Assembly: GCA_963793265.1 (NCBI GenBank)
Contig: CAWBZI010000004.1
Coordinates: 576,001 to 640,000, forward strand
Source: an uncultured cyanobacterium
GTDB taxonomy: Bacteria > Cyanobacteriota > Cyanobacteriia > Phormidesmidales > Phormidesmidaceae
Reading direction: 5' to 3'
DNA: 64,000 nt
Below the pieces are notes generated by a model that saw only the letters and a list, made by a program, of their open reading frames with translations, searched no databases and was not told the origin of the DNA. This document shows, piece after piece, positions 31,409-41,739 of the stretch; positions within the stretch are counted from its first letter, which is position 1, and the number at the start of each line of letters is the position of its first letter. The translations under genes and the position numbers were made by a program.

Positions 31409-32676
31409 CTGAAGGGGTGACACAACCTCTGTGAGTTATGCAGAAAGACGGTTTGGCAGGCTACAGGCAAAAAAAGATAGGCTAGTTTTGCGAACCAAAG
31501 CCTATCGAATAAATATGATACCTTCAGTTTACCAAACGGCTCTCAAAAGACAACTTAATGAATCCCAGTACCTATTGCTTTCGGTGCTAGTGAGACTGCT
31601 ACAGACTATCCGCGATGTCCGCATAGAGACGCTGGCAGAGGCGCTGCCCATGCCCATCCTGTTTGAGAGTCGGCGAAAAAAGTCCAACGGTTCCTTACGC
31701 TGGGTGTGCTCAACTTGAAAGGGCTGTGGTTTGGTGTACTCCAAGTGTTTCTAGAGCAGCAAATGACCCCAGGCTGTACCGTCTACGTGGCGATTGACCG
31801 GACGACTTGGCGTGAGATTAACTTACTGGTAGCCAGTATCATCTGGAAGGGGCGAGCGATTCCGTTGTACTGGCAGCGTTTAGAGACGCTCGGTAACAGT
31901 CACTATGACGAACAAACGGCTTTTCTATCCATCGCTCTACCGCTGCTCGCTGACTATCGGGTCGTGGTGCTGGGTGACCGCGAGTTTTGTTCAGTCGATT
32001 TGGCGCGTTGGCTAGGTCAACAAGGGCATTATTTCTGTCTCCGTCAGAAGAAATCAACCTTCGTGCTGATTGAAGAGAAGCCCTGGATGAAGCTGGGTCA
32101 ACTGGGCCTAACGCCAGGAACGAGATGTTTCTACAACGCCGTGACAATGACCAAAAGTAAGGGATTTGACCAAGCGCATTTGGTGGGCAAGTGGAAGCGT
32201 CGGTATCAGGGCTTTGCACCAGCAGAGCCCTGGTTCTTATTGACTAATCTCGAAACGCTTGATGATGCGGTCGCGGCTTATCAGAAGCGGTTCGATATTG
32301 AAGAGATGTTCCGCGACTTCAAGCTCGGTGGCTACCGTCTAGAAGACTGTCGAGCCAGCAAAAAACGCTTCATGGCGGTCGTTTTGCTGATCGCGATTGC
32401 CTATCTATGCGCGTCGCGTCAAGGGCAACGGCTCAAGCAAACTGCCCTACAAAAGTATATCGCTAGGCCAGAGACAGTCGGTCGCCGGTATCGCCGACAC
32501 AGTTTCTTTCATGTAGGCTTTGCGGCCCATCGATGGGTGCCTTTTTATCACGATTGCCAACAACAAATACAACGATTAATGGAACTCAATCGGGATAAAA
32601 TTGAATATTATCTGAAGGGCCAGAAAGCTATGGAAGCCGTCATACGTGCCCTGTAGCCGTTGTGTCACCCCCTCAG
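31409..32676 (+). mobile_element. IS4-family insertion sequence, copy 1 (1268 bp)
   Basis: 18-bp terminal IRs CTGA(A/G)GGGGTGACACAAC; DDE transposase with YREK motif (YQKRFDIEEMFRDFK). Confidence 0.93.
31515..32656 (+). CDS. IS4-family transposase in two frames joined at A_AAA_AAG (31676-31682)
   Basis: A -1 shift gives SRRKKVQRFL...AIDRT...GDREF...YQKRFDIEEMFRDFK, about 380 aa. Confidence 0.85.
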
Positions 32677-33747
32677 ATCGTCAGGATAAACTTTAGAACG
32701 CGCCAAAAAATGATTGTGAGTCTCTATGTCCGTAAAAGTTGGTTCAACTGAGAAATCTAGCGTTCCATTCTTAGTCAAGTTATAAACTTTTATAAAAGGG
32801 ATACCACCAGAACCAGAAAACAGATTGTCTTTAGAGGGAGTCGTACCTTTGGTAATGAAGTCAGACACTTCCTCGGCTCTTAAATAAAACCATTCAGAGG
32901 GTAGTAAATCGTACGCTTTTAACCGTTCGTTATCTAGCTCTACAATGCTTTTTAGCTTTTGAGGCTTGCTCGGTTTCCGCCCTTCCTTTCCCCCAAACTC
33001 CCATTTCTCAACTGCCGTTTTCCACTCATCAAGCTGCTGCTGATAGCGCTCCTCGCGAGCCTGCTTAATTTGCGCTAGTAGCTGCGCGGCAGGCACCACC
33101 TTATCAGGATTATCGGCCCGCCACTGCGCCGTAAGCTTGCCTTCAAAAGCGTGTTTGAGCAGCGCTTGGCGATACACCTGCAATTGGGCCTTCGCCGTTT
33201 TCAGGCTTTCTACGCCCTTGTCGATTTCGGAGAAGAGTTCTTCGATTTTGGCGACGATGCGGTGTTGTTCGGCAAGAGGAGGAACAGCTATATCCGTCAA
33301 ACCCAACGTTCTTAAATAGATTCCCTTTTGAGCAGTTCCTTTAGCTTGCTTATTAAAATGAGCAGCTAAAGACGGTGACTCTAATTGGTACATCACAAAC
33401 TTAGGCAAAACCTCTAACGGCCTGATGACAGCAACGCTACGTTGAAGCGTAAATTTCTGTGATTCAGATGTAACGATTGCAGCTCGCCCGATAGCACCAA
33501 CGATAGTTAATAAAACATCACCCTGCCCGATTTGAGTCCTTTTATCTTCTCGAATAAAAGAATCTTCAGAGATCAATCTAAAGCTAGTAAAGTTAATTTT
33601 GTTCTGACTAATGTTGATAGCACTCAACATGGGCAATCCACTAGACTGCTTCTTCGGTGGATTATGAGAACCGTCAACAATCTTTGTACATATTTTCTTC
33701 AGAGAAGATACTTTCCAACTACTCGGCAACATCGAACCATTAATCAA
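32677..33747 (-). pseudogene. hsdS: Type I R-M specificity subunit HsdS, 3'-truncated by the IS
   Basis: LP..W, DGSH.PP, PPLAEQHRIVAKIEELFS, RQALLKHAFEGKLT; second TRD ends at the IS IR. Confidence 0.9.
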
Positions 33748-33801
33748 GCCACTAGCACCCCACTCAACTCCTCAATCTCCATCTCCAAATAACGCGCGCA
33801 T
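33746..33801 (-). repeat. Degenerate copy of the hsdR 3' end
   Basis: ATTGAGGAGTTGAGTGGGGTGCTAGTGGCTTGA versus hsdR ATTGAGGAGTTGAATGGGGTGCTGGTGGCTTAA. Confidence 0.85.
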
Positions 33802-33849
33802 TTTTCCTAGCCCGCCCTTCTCATCAGGTGGAGTCTCTAATCATCTCGC

Positions 33850-34242
33850 TCAAAACCAATCAACAAGGCTCAAGCCTACCACCCGAGAAAACTCCCCTGT
33901 GTTATGAGTTACTAGCGTTGCACCTATCGAAACCGCTATTCCAGCAATCAACGTATCTATCGGCCCAATAGGGGTTCCGGCTTTTTCTAACTGGGCTCTA
34001 ACTCGCGCTGCGGCTACTGCGGCTGTCTGGTCAAACTCAGCGATTGCGACAGTCTGCATTAGCTGCGTGAGCTGCTGAGCTTGCCTCTTCGGGGCTTTAG
34101 ATTTTTCAATACCTACATGCAGCTCATAAAACGCAGCAATTGGGATTCTGATATCTTCTGGCGGTACCTTATCCATATTCTCAAACACCCGACCCTTCTC
34201 ATTAAACAAGTAGACCAGTATGTTGGTATCGAGTAAAAACAT
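33850..34242 (-). CDS. vapC: VapC PIN-domain toxin
   Basis: LLDTNI, ELHVG, PIGPIDTLIAG.A, LVTHN.EF. Confidence 0.93.
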   Translation of the reverse strand: MFLLDTNILVYLFNEKGRVFENMDKVPPEDIRIPIAAFYELHVGIEKSKAPKRQAQQLTQLMQTVAIAEFDQTAAVAAARVRAQLEKAGTPIGPIDTLIAGIAVSIGATLVTHNTGEFSRVVGLSLVDWF

Positions 34243-34512
34243 CTACCAGATTTCCCTGGGTACGTCCTCACCTTCTCCGGCCCTAATTTCCTCTAGCGAT
34301 GGGAAATCATCATCCTTCCACGCACCCGATAAGGAGGATAATAGGTTGTGCCAAGCCGTCATCTTCTCATCGTGGCTCATCTTTTCCGACACAGGCTCTA
34401 CTGCTGTGTCTTTAGGCTTCGCCTGTACAGACTTTACAAAATCTAAAACCTTAGCCGCCTGCTCCTCCGGCAACGTCTGCACTATCTCATAAATCCTGTC
34501 TGCAATAGTCAT
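34243..34512 (-). CDS. Putative antitoxin (DUF2281-like) for VapC
   Basis: LPEEQAAKVLDFV, L.GAW.DDDFPS.EEIR; abuts vapC. Confidence 0.8.
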   Translation of the reverse strand: MTIADRIYEIVQTLPEEQAAKVLDFVKSVQAKPKDTAVEPVSEKMSHDEKMTAWHNLLSSLSGAWKDDDFPSLEEIRAGEGEDVPREIW

Positions 34513-34551
34513 ATCCAAGCCCTCCTATCTAACACTGATAACTCTTCTAGC

Positions 34552-37371
34552 TTAAGCCACCAGCACCCCATTCAACTCCTCAATCAACCCATCCATCTCA
34601 TCCCCAAACAGCGCATACATCTTCCCCAGTCCGCCCTTCCCATCAAACGGCGACATCTCCAAATCATCCCGCTCAAAATGAAACGAGCCCATCACATGGT
34701 CGCGAATCATATGCAGCCAGTCCATCTGATCTTCATCAAACTTCGCCCCGCCCCCCGCATGAGCCGCCATCACCCAGTTTTGAAAATTCCGCCTTACCAT
34801 CGTCTCATAGCGCGTTAGCTCATCATCAATTCCCGTCACCCGCTGAATTAACCCCACCAACGCCGTTAGCTCATTCATCGGCCTCTCCGACCCTCCATCC
34901 AAAAGCTGATACGCCTGCCAAACCCGCAGCGGCGCAACATTAGGCCGATCCGCCCGTAGCCTCGCCAGCACCACCCGCACCATTTCAAACGTCACCTCCC
35001 GCCTGCGCTGCGGCTGCCGAAAATAAATACTCAGCGCCTCAATCTCATCCTGATGCTCCCGCAAATAGTCCTCAAACTTTTGCACCAGCGCCTGCGCATT
35101 CCCCTCCGAATTGCCCGCCCACTCAGACGCCAGCACCTCATCCAAATTGTCAAGATCAATCGTCTGCTCCCGGTCTTTACGAATTCCCTCCAGCAGCGAA
35201 ATCAAATCTCCATTGAGCAAACGCCCCGCCGCCTGACACAAATTCAACTGCGCCACCTCCAAAGCCGCCTCATCTGGCTCCGTCATCTCAGCAGGCAAAT
35301 CCTCCCGCGCCTTCGCCTCCACCACATCAGGATCAATCACCTCAAAAAGCTGCCGCACCAAAGACCGCAGCGGCATTCCATCATTTTGCTCAGCGACGCG
35401 CGATCGCTCCTCCTCACTTAGCTGCCGATCCAGCCGCGCCAGCCTTCCAGCCAAAGACGACACCATATCCGCATCGCCCGAGCCCATCATCACCCCCATC
35501 GCCAAATCACGAAAAGGAACAGAAGGCCGCGTAATCAGCGGTTGGCTCGGCGTTTTGAGCGATCGCGTCACCCCCACTGCATCCACAATGACATAGTGCG
35601 TCTTGGCCGAGCTGGCCGAAGGCGTCACCCTTTTCAGGTCATCCTCCCCCAGCGTCCGCGTCCCACGCCCCTTCATCTGCTCGAAGTAATTACGGCTTTT
35701 CACATCCCGCATAAACAACAAACACTCCAACGGCTTCACATCCGTACCCGTCGCAATCATATTCACCGTCACCGCAATCCGAGGATAGTAGTCATTGCGA
35801 AAGCTCGCCAAAATCGTATCCGGGTCGCTGCCTGCTTCTACCACCGCGCCCGCCTCATCTAAGCTGTCCTCACTCGCCTTGTAAGTCACCTTCTTACAAA
35901 ACGCATTGCTCTCCCCAAACTCAGCGCGAACCGTGCGAATAATATCATCCGCATGGCTGTCCGTCTTCGCAAAAATCAGCGTCTTCGGCACCTCCGTTCG
36001 CCCCGGAAACAGCACCGGCCACTTCTCTTTGAATTCGCGCACCACGCTGCGAATCTGATCAGGATTCACCACCGTCCGATCGAGCTGAGCCCCCGAGTAG
36101 TCCTGCAGCTCATCGCTAATCTCTCAGCGCTTGCGGCGCGTTAGCTTCTCTCGCTTTTGCACCTGCTGGCCCTCAACAATGCGATCGCCCTGCTGCGTAA
36201 TCCGCGTCTCAATCCGGTACACCTCATTACCCACATTCACCCCGTCAGCTACCGCCCGCTCGTGGCTGTATTCCGACACCACGTTCTTATTGAAAAAGCC
36301 AAACGTGCGATTATCCGGCGTCGCCGTTAGCCCAATCAAGAACGCATCAAAATAGTCCAGCACCTGCTGCCATACGTTGTAAATAGAGCGGTGGCACTCG
36401 TCTATATAAATAAAGTCAAAAAAGTCCGGCGTAATCCTGGCGTCATAGCTCACCGGCAGAGGCTCTTTTCGTCCTACATAGGCTTCCGACGAATCAACCT
36501 CATCTGCCTCACTCAGCGGCGTCCCTTTCAGAATCGAATACAGCCTTTGAATCGTACAGACCACCACCTGCGCATTCTCTGCAATGTAGGGCGACGTGGG
36601 GCGCTGCACCGAATACAGCTCAGAAAACTTGCGATTGTCGTCACTCGGCGTAAACGCCATCATCTCTTGCTCAGCTTGCTTACCCAAATTTTTGGTATCG
36701 ACTAAAAACAGAATCCGCTTTGCCCGCACGGGTGCTTTTAGTAGCCGGTGCATAGAGGTAATGGCCGTGAATGTCTTACCTGCGCCGGTTGCCATTTGGA
36801 TAAGCGATCGCGTTTTCCCCGCCTTCAGCGATTCTTCTAGCCGAGCGATCGCCTGCTCCTGACAATCCCTTAGCCCCAGCTCAGCCGCCGGTAATTGCTG
36901 TGGGTTTAAGGGTTCTAACTGCTGTAGGCGCGATCGCAAAGGCTCCTGATTCAGCAGCCTTTCCACCCCCTGCGGACTGTGAAAGTGAAACACCTCCCGC
37001 GATCTGGCCTTCGGCTCACGACCATCCGTAAACTGCGTCACCGTCCCCGTACTCTCATACAAAAACGGCAGCGGCCGATCGTTCTTTATCCACTTCAGCT
37101 TCGCCGCCGCATAGTCCGCCGTCTGCGTTTCATGCGTCGTCAGCCGTACCGCCTCCGTTTCCTTTTTCGCCTCAATCACACCCACCGGCAAGCGATTTAC
37201 AAACAGCACATAGTCCGCCGGGCCAACATCCGTTTGATACTCTCGCACCGCCACCCCTACCGCCGCCGATAGATCAATTCGGCGCTTAGGCTGCACCACC
37301 CAACCGGCAGCGCACAGCATGGCATCAACGCGATCGCGAGCAATCTGTTCTGGATTTTGGTTGAGCGCCAT
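34552..37371 (-). pseudogene. hsdR: Type I restriction subunit HsdR with in-frame TGA at 36124-36126
   Basis: ADYVLF/IEAKK nuclease, MATGAGKT, IDECHRS, GLTATP, QMKGRGTR; the two ORFs are in the same frame across one stop (RKR*EI). Confidence 0.9.
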
Positions 37372-37491
37372 ACAAGAAAAGTGTGAAACCAATCTACATG
37401 CTGGCAGCTAAGCAAAGGTTGTTACTGTGATTGCAATCAATTTTGCTTGAAATATTGATGAAGCATTCTCTTTTATCCCTATCTCTTTTGC

Positions 37492-38208
37492 CTACGTCGT
37501 TACCAATCCATTCTCTAGCGCATAGCGAACCAGCTCAGTCCGGCTATTCGTACCCGTTTTGCCAAACAACCGGCTCACGTACTTCTCCACATTGCGCACC
37601 GTAGTCCCCAATCGGCTCGCAATCTCTTTGTTCATCAGCCCTTCAGCCACCAAATCAAGCACATCCTGCTCACGCGGCGTAAAGTCGATTTTAATACCGC
37701 TATTATTTTGCTTAATCATGCTGCCGCGCTGAGTGAGCAAGGCTTTAATTTCCTCAATTTGCCGGGCCATAGTGACGATGTCGGGCGTTGCCGAAGGATC
37801 GGGGGCTTGAGCAGCGCGGCGATCGATGAGGCTGTTGAGGATGGCGACGAGTTCTTCGGGGTCAAAGGGTTTTGGGAGGTAGGCATCGGCACCGGCTTTG
37901 TAGCCCTGGATGCGATCGCTCGTCATCCCCCGAGCCGTCAAAAACACCACTGGTAGCCCCTGAAAGCGGGCATCTTCGCGCACCTGCTTCAAAAACTGAT
38001 AGCCGTCTACCTGCGGCATCATAATGTCAGAAATCAGCACGTTTGGCGTATCTTGCTGCAATAAGTCCCAGCCTTCAGAGGCATTGCTGGCCACGCGCAC
38101 CTGAAAATTACTGTCTTCTAGATAAGCCTGCACCGACTCGCGCAGGCCCGGTTCATCGTCAACCAGTAAAACTTTGCTGGGCGTAGTCTCAGGAGCAGTA
38201 TCAGCCAT
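37492..38208 (-). CDS. ycf29: NarL/LuxR response regulator Rre1/Ycf29
   Basis: LLVDDEPG receiver; RNVEKYVSRLF.KTGTNSRTELVR signature. Confidence 0.88.
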   Translation of the reverse strand: MADTAPETTPSKVLLVDDEPGLRESVQAYLEDSNFQVRVASNASEGWDLLQQDTPNVLISDIMMPQVDGYQFLKQVREDARFQGLPVVFLTARGMTSDRIQGYKAGADAYLPKPFDPEELVAILNSLIDRRAAQAPDPSATPDIVTMARQIEEIKALLTQRGSMIKQNNSGIKIDFTPREQDVLDLVAEGLMNKEIASRLGTTVRNVEKYVSRLFGKTGTNSRTELVRYALENGLVTT

Positions 38209-38277
38209 GGTGCATTCGATGGTTATTTGGTATGTAGATGATACCGCTATGTTTGCCGCCAAAAAAACTACCTTACT

Positions 38278-38826
38278 ATGCAGAAATCCGTACAGAAATG
38301 GAAAACGCTCAGCTCCAAACTGGTATTTGACAACCGCTGGTACCGCTTGCGGCAAGACGTCGTGTCTTTGCCGAATGGCCATATTGTCGATGACTTTTTC
38401 GTGAGCCTGCGGCCAGATATTGCAACCGTGCTGCCGATTACTGCCGATGAAGAGGTGGTATTCGTACGCCAGTATCGACATGGCATCGGAGAAATTTTGC
38501 TAGAGCTGCCCGCCGGAACATTTGAGGCTGAAGAGGAGCCGCTAGCGGTGGCGAAAAGGGAGCTAGCAGAAGAAACGGGATATGTGGCTGAGGACTGGGC
38601 GCAGGTGGCTACCTTTTACAACAGCCCTGTCAAGCAAAACAACCGCATTCATTTATTCAAAGCGCAAAACGTGCAGCTTACCAGCGCCCAGCAGCTAGAC
38701 GTGACAGAAGACATTGAGGTGGTGCTTAAGCCAATAGCCGCGATTCCAGCGCTGATTGCCTCAGGCGAAATCTGCGTGGCGGGTACGATTGCAGCCCTAG
38801 CACTGGGCCTGCCTTCACTGCGTTAA
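38278..38826 (+). CDS. Nudix hydrolase (ADP-ribose pyrophosphatase-like)
   Basis: RQYRH, ELPAG...AKRELAEETGY Nudix box. Confidence 0.92.
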   Translation: MQKSVQKWKTLSSKLVFDNRWYRLRQDVVSLPNGHIVDDFFVSLRPDIATVLPITADEEVVFVRQYRHGIGEILLELPAGTFEAEEEPLAVAKRELAEETGYVAEDWAQVATFYNSPVKQNNRIHLFKAQNVQLTSAQQLDVTEDIEVVLKPIAAIPALIASGEICVAGTIAALALGLPSLR

Positions 38827-38962
38827 GAAACCTTGCAATATGCATATATTAAAAAATCTACTAAACTCCCATCGGGATACCGGGGATTGTGGCAAAATCT
38901 ACACAAGAAGTTCTGATGAACAAATCTGTAAACACTACGAAATTCACGAGGTCACGCTAACT

Positions 38963-39604
38963 ATGCCACTCCAACTAGGCGACATCGCTCCCGACTTTAC
39001 GCAAAAGTCCTCCATGGGCGAGATTAATTTTCATGATTGGGCAGGCGATAGCTGGGTTGTGCTCTTTTCTCACCCCGCTGACTACACCCCCGTTTGCACG
39101 ACCGAGCTAGGCTTAGTCGGCTCTTTGCAAGAAGAGTTCAAAAAGCGCAACGTCAAAACGATCGCGCTCAGCGTTGATGGTGTCGAGTCTCACAAAGGCT
39201 GGATTAACGACATCAACGAAACGCAGAATACAAACGTCAACTACCCCATCTTGGCTGATGATGATAAGAAAGTAGCCACTCTTTACGGGATGCTTCAGCC
39301 TAAGTCCGATGCGGGCAACACGCTAACTGTGCGCTCCGTATTCGTCATCGATCCCAACAAAAAGATCCGTTTGACGATTACCTACCCTGCTAGCACAGGC
39401 CGTAACTTCGACGAAATCTTGCGCGTGATCGACTCCTTGCAGCTCACTGACTACCACAAGGTTGCCACCCCCGGTAACTGGAAGGATGGTGGCGATTGTG
39501 TCGTTGTGCCTTCTATCTCTACTGAAGATGCGAAGAAGCAGTTTCCTAAAGGCGTTACTGAAGTGAAGCCTTATTTGCGCATGACACCTCAGCCTAATAA
39601 GTAG
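38963..39604 (+). CDS. 1-Cys peroxiredoxin (Prx6)
   Basis: FSHPADYTPVCTTELG, YPASTGRNFDEILRVIDSLQ. Confidence 0.95.
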   Translation: MPLQLGDIAPDFTQKSSMGEINFHDWAGDSWVVLFSHPADYTPVCTTELGLVGSLQEEFKKRNVKTIALSVDGVESHKGWINDINETQNTNVNYPILADDDKKVATLYGMLQPKSDAGNTLTVRSVFVIDPNKKIRLTITYPASTGRNFDEILRVIDSLQLTDYHKVATPGNWKDGGDCVVVPSISTEDAKKQFPKGVTEVKPYLRMTPQPNK

Positions 39605-39630
39605 ATTGTCAGTAGATAGCTAAGTAAAGA

Positions 39631-39673
39631 AAAAGGGCGCTGTGGATTAATTTCACAGCGCCCTTTTGTTTTT
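39631..39673. terminator. Bidirectional intrinsic terminator
   Basis: AAAAGGGCGCTGTG...CACAGCGCCCTTTT between convergent genes. Confidence 0.85.
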
Positions 39674-39693
39674 CCCAAAATCTTCGTTAGCGG

Positions 39694-40305
39694 CTACAGC
39701 CCATTAATAGCCGTAATTTCTATCTCATCACCAAACTGAGAGAACCACACTGCACCATTCCCAATCATCGCGCCCTGATAGTTGGCGAATAAGTCGGCGT
39801 ACCGAGCCGCTGCCATGGCCTCAATCACATCGGGCGTCACGACCTGCTCGTAGTTAGCTAGCAAGTCAGACGCGGTTTCGTATGTATCTATCGGTTCGCC
39901 TGCGTCATAGGTGGTAAAAGGATAACGAACCAGACTGGCGATAGTTTCTTTGTCTCCTGCGCTGGCTGCTTCGCGCATCTTGGCTATAAAGTCTTTCGTG
40001 GCCTGCGGGTCTTCTATGCCTGCAACCGCAAGGCGCTCGGTGACTGCTTTTTCTGCTTCGGTTGGCTCGGGTGCGATCGCTACAACACCCCCCGAGCCCG
40101 TATCTGCTTCAACAGGCGGGATTGGGCTCTGATTCGATACAGGCGGTGCAGGTGCAACAGCAGCGGGCTCAGGTATTGGATCAGGGATAGGATTTGTTGG
40201 AGCTGGGGGCTCCGGCTGTCCGCAACCGTATGCTGCAAGTAATAGACAGCTTCCAAGCAGCCAAGAAAATGTGCGTGTAGCGTAAAGACTTTTGGGGGCA
40301 ATCAT
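39694..40305 (-). CDS. Hypothetical lipoprotein with Pro-rich linker
   Basis: Lipobox AYGC; LVRYP...QGAMIGNGAVWF domain. Confidence 0.75.
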   Translation of the reverse strand: MIAPKSLYATRTFSWLLGSCLLLAAYGCGQPEPPAPTNPIPDPIPEPAAVAPAPPVSNQSPIPPVEADTGSGGVVAIAPEPTEAEKAVTERLAVAGIEDPQATKDFIAKMREAASAGDKETIASLVRYPFTTYDAGEPIDTYETASDLLANYEQVVTPDVIEAMAAARYADLFANYQGAMIGNGAVWFSQFGDEIEITAINGL

Positions 40306-40364
40306 ACTAAATGTGTTTCTCTTAAGAACTTTACATCGCGAGCCTAACCACGATAGGGCATAGG

Positions 40365-41690
40365 CTAAACCACGTCTTCAGACTGGCGAACAGCGATTTC
40401 TTGATGATGTAGGCTCGTCATCGCAACTTCCCAGGGAAAAGTGAACGACTGGAAAGACTCAGGCGAGATCTTATCAATGTCTAGGTCAATAACAACCTGC
40501 CGCAAAATCGAGAATAGCTCCTGCCGCAACTTTTGCAGTTCGGCAAACGTTCTAGCCTGCTCTACCTGCTCAATAAGCGCCAGAATCTCTAAGTTGTAAT
40601 CGTCTGCTCGATTCTTTTGCCTGCCGATTAGCCACAGCCGAAACTGCCATACGCCCGAGAATCCTAGAATACTTAGCGAGAGTAGCAAACCCATGGTTTC
40701 GGCATACTCTACAAAAAAGGGCGGCGTGTCTTGGGTGTAATAAGCCTGCGCACCAGGATGTAGCGGAAACCCAAGGTTTTGACTGGCCTCGGGCGATTGA
40801 ATGCTAGCCGCTCTAGGGTTAACGCTAATCAGCTCGTTGCGATGCTCGTAGAGGGTGGCAGTAACCGCTTTGACAATCTCAGGATCGACTTTCTCGTTAG
40901 CAATCAAAAGCGCGCTGACTGAAATTACGGGCAAGTCGGTCGGTGGTAAAGGCTGGCTGCCGTCATAGCTGCCCTGAGGAATGACGGTGGACTGTAGGTA
41001 GGGCTGAGTGAGCTGTAGTGCGCCAATGCGGTTGATGGCAATTAGGTTAAATTGGGTGGTTCTAAGGAGTTCTCCGACGGCTGGATTGCCTAAGCCGATA
41101 ATTTGAAAGAGGGCATCAACCTCTCCTTTTTTGAGCGCCTGGTGAGCTTGGGCGACGGGTAAAGGCTGAGTGTTGAAGTCTTGTTCAAAAAGGCCGTAGT
41201 GACTCGCTAAGGGCCAAAAGAGTTCGTACGATCCGCTGCCGGTCGGCATTAGGGCAATGCGTTTGCCTTTTAGATCAGAGACGTTTTGAATATTGGCGTC
41301 TTTGCTGGCGATTAGGTGAAAGAGTTCTGGATATAGCTGGGCGACGGCTCTGACGGCAGGCTGTACGGGTGTGTCACTTTGCACTAGAGCCATGTCGGCT
41401 TCGGCAGCTTGCACGCTATTCATGTTTTGCGCAGAACCTGCAGCTTCAACAACTTCGATACGGATGTTTGGATTGTGTTTTTGAGTGACTTGCGCGATCG
41501 CCTCTCCAAAGGCATAGTACTCACCCGTTTGTCCGCCAGTTGCCAGGCGAACTACATGAACTTGTTTGTGCGATCGCAACAACAACCCCGCACATATTGC
41601 AGTCGCCAACACACTTAATCCAATCAGCGAAACCTGTAACCCACGCCCACCATCCGCCGCCTTTTTAACCCGCTTACCCAGTGATTTCAC
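40365..41690 (-). CDS. TAXI-family TRAP solute-binding protein with C-terminal TM extension
   Basis: ATGG..G.YY, GS.QN, Q.D, LYPE, DLKGKR, PLHPGA..YY. Confidence 0.88.
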   Translation of the reverse strand: MKSLGKRVKKAADGGRGLQVSLIGLSVLATAICAGLLLRSHKQVHVVRLATGGQTGEYYAFGEAIAQVTQKHNPNIRIEVVEAAGSAQNMNSVQAAEADMALVQSDTPVQPAVRAVAQLYPELFHLIASKDANIQNVSDLKGKRIALMPTGSGSYELFWPLASHYGLFEQDFNTQPLPVAQAHQALKKGEVDALFQIIGLGNPAVGELLRTTQFNLIAINRIGALQLTQPYLQSTVIPQGSYDGSQPLPPTDLPVISVSALLIANEKVDPEIVKAVTATLYEHRNELISVNPRAASIQSPEASQNLGFPLHPGAQAYYTQDTPPFFVEYAETMGLLLSLSILGFSGVWQFRLWLIGRQKNRADDYNLEILALIEQVEQARTFAELQKLRQELFSILRQVVIDLDIDKISPESFQSFTFPWEVAMTSLHHQEIAVRQSEDVV

Positions 41691-41739
41691 AACTTAGCAC
41701 CCTACGAAACACTCAGGAAAAGAACGCTGCTTTAGCCAT

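Noticed and set aside
36124..36126. Selenocysteine or programmed readthrough in hsdR
   Set aside because: The position fits Trp (TGG to TGA) and the partner hsd genes are broken; simple nonsense is more likely
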